DNA of 64,000 nt, taken from Gemmatimonadota bacterium (lineage in GTDB: Bacteria; ARS69). The stretch lies in contig JASLLL010000001.1 in NCBI GenBank assembly GCA_030747075.1, positions 78,868 to 142,867 on the forward strand, written 5' to 3'. A model generated the notes under the pieces. The model was not told the DNA's origin. It saw nothing but the letters and a program-made list of their open reading frames with translations, and searched no databases. This document shows, one piece after another, positions 63,166 through 64,000 of the stretch. The position numbers were made by a program, and so were the translations under genes. The stretch's first letter is position 1; each line of letters begins with the position of its first letter.

Positions 63166-64000
63166 TTGATCTGCACGGGACACTCAAAGGAACGCCCGAC
63201 CCGGACCGGGTTCGTCGCGGCGCTTGGCGTGCTTTGCGCGGTTCTGGCGGCCTCGTCCCCGGCGGAGGCGTACATCGGTCCCGGTGCGGGGATCGCGCTT
63301 GCGTCTTCGTTCCTGGTGTTCTTCACGACGATCGTGCTGGCGATTCTCGCCATCCTCGCGTGGCCCTTCCGGCTTCTGTGGCGGCTCCTCTTCCGAAAGA
63401 ACCGCGCAAAGCCCCGCATCCGGCGGTTGGTGGTCGTCGGGTTCGACGGGCAGGATCCCCGCATCACCGACCGCCTGCTCGCGGAAGGGAAGCTCCCGAA
63501 CTTCCGGAAACTCGCCGACGCGGGCTGCTACCACTCGCTCCGCAGCACCTTCCCGTCCGTGTCGCCGGTCGCGTGGTCCTCCTTCTCCACCGGGACGCAC
63601 CCCGCGAAGCACAACATCTTCGACTTCCTCGACCGGGATCTCCGCACCTACCTCCCGCTCCTGTCGTCCACGCACATCGGCGGGATCGAGAAGTTCTTCC
63701 GCCTGGGCAAGTGGCGCATCCCCCGGCACAAGCCGGAGATCCGCCTTCTTCGCAAGTCGAAGCCCTTCTGGACGATCCTCGGGGAGCGCGGCATCTGGAG
63801 CACCATCCTCCGGGTTCCGATCACCTTCCCGCCGGACAGGTTCAACGGAGCGCAACTGTCCGCCATGTGCGTCCCCGATCTGCTCGGCACGCAGGGCACC
63901 TTCCTGCTGTTCACCACCCGCCCCGCACAGGAGAAGTTCAAGGAAGGCGGCGTCCGCATTCCGCTGGACGGCGCCCTCGGCGGCAACGCTTACACGACGG
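63166..64000 (+). CDS. Alkaline-phosphatase-superfamily protein (type I phosphodiesterase/NPP-like), paralog 4, membrane-anchored, 3'-truncated by the window end
   Basis: Not in the ORF track because it has no stop inside the window. My translation gives a TM helix (GIALASSFLVFFTTIVLAILAILAWPF), then RIRRLVVVGFDGQDPRITDRLLAEGKLPNFRKLADAGCYHSLRSTFPSVSPVAWSSFSTGTHPAKHNIFDF... (Ser nucleophile). The start is either a TTG at ~63166 (GGAGGG 9 nt upstream) or a GTG at ~63229. Confidence 0.6.
   Translation, partial: MICTGHSKERPTRTGFVAALGVLCAVLAASSPAEAYIGPGAGIALASSFLVFFTTIVLAILAILAWPFRLLWRLLFRKNRAKPRIRRLVVVGFDGQDPRITDRLLAEGKLPNFRKLADAGCYHSLRSTFPSVSPVAWSSFSTGTHPAKHNIFDFLDRDLRTYLPLLSSTHIGGIEKFFRLGKWRIPRHKPEIRLLRKSKPFWTILGERGIWSTILRVPITFPPDRFNGAQLSAMCVPDLLGTQGTFLLFTTRPAQEKFKEGGVRIPLDGALGGNAYTT

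Overview
This is a high-GC (roughly 65-70%), gene-dense bacterial chromosomal segment with no rRNA, tRNA, CRISPR array or transposase that I could recognise. Almost every six-frame ORF has a long, Arg/Pro/Gly-rich antisense 'shadow' ORF, so I made gene calls on protein-like composition and recognisable motifs rather than ORF length. In a few places the labelled sequence and the supplied ORF track disagree by 1 nt, so internal start coordinates are approximate (±1-3 nt).

Content, left to right:
(1) Positions 1-6831, minus strand: a complete Bat-type 'aerotolerance' operon (MoxR ATPase, DUF58, DUF4381-like TM protein, BatA, BatB, BatC-TPR, BatD truncated at the window edge).
(2) 6889-11233: a C-terminal processing protease (S41), two HEAT-repeat proteins, and ribosomal proteins bL35 and bS21.
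(3) 11631-15930: a sigma-54-dependent activator with a degenerate receiver domain, convergent with pyruvate phosphate dikinase.
(4) 16115-20888: a GT-C (PMT_2/ArnT-like)+TPR glycosyltransferase resembling eukaryotic TMTC enzymes, and a polytopic spermidine-synthase-like+TPR protein.
(5) 20885-29047: an isocitrate/isopropylmalate-family dehydrogenase, then a four-gene operon of secreted proteins and lipoproteins (fibronectin-III-like repeat lipoprotein paralogs, a TolB-like beta-propeller lipoprotein, and a protein with a Por/T9SS-like C-terminal domain).
(6) 29226-45393: a ~16 kb near-gapless minus-strand array. It holds a second TMTC-like GT-C+TPR, an apparent YfhO::alkaline-phosphatase-like fusion, an ArnT-like GT-C, a GT2 polyprenol-phosphate sugar synthase (the CsbB/YfhO-type pairing), two more AlkP/NPP-like paralogs, a DUF3604-like lipoprotein, and glyS/glyQ.
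(7) 45586-48848: a zinc-uptake locus (znuA, znuB, His-rich secreted proteins).
(8) 48944-52573: a DUF4266-DUF3570-ApbE-TlpA-Cys-rich lipoprotein operon.
(9) 52647-56598: a putative defence patch (standalone CHAT protease divergent from a 148-aa hypothetical, an AbiEi/AbiEii abortive-infection pair, and a 5' gene remnant).
(10) 56691-64000: malQ, a ptsN-like EIIA, a Zn-ribbon protein, an ICMT-family methyltransferase, a eukaryotic-type UDP-glucose pyrophosphorylase, a DUF3810 HExxH protein, a sulfotransferase, and a fourth AlkP/NPP-like paralog running off the window end.

The most unusual content is the extracytoplasmic glycosylation supercluster with the YfhO-AlkP fusion and the C-terminally conserved AlkP-like paralog family, and the CHAT/148-aa module beside AbiE.
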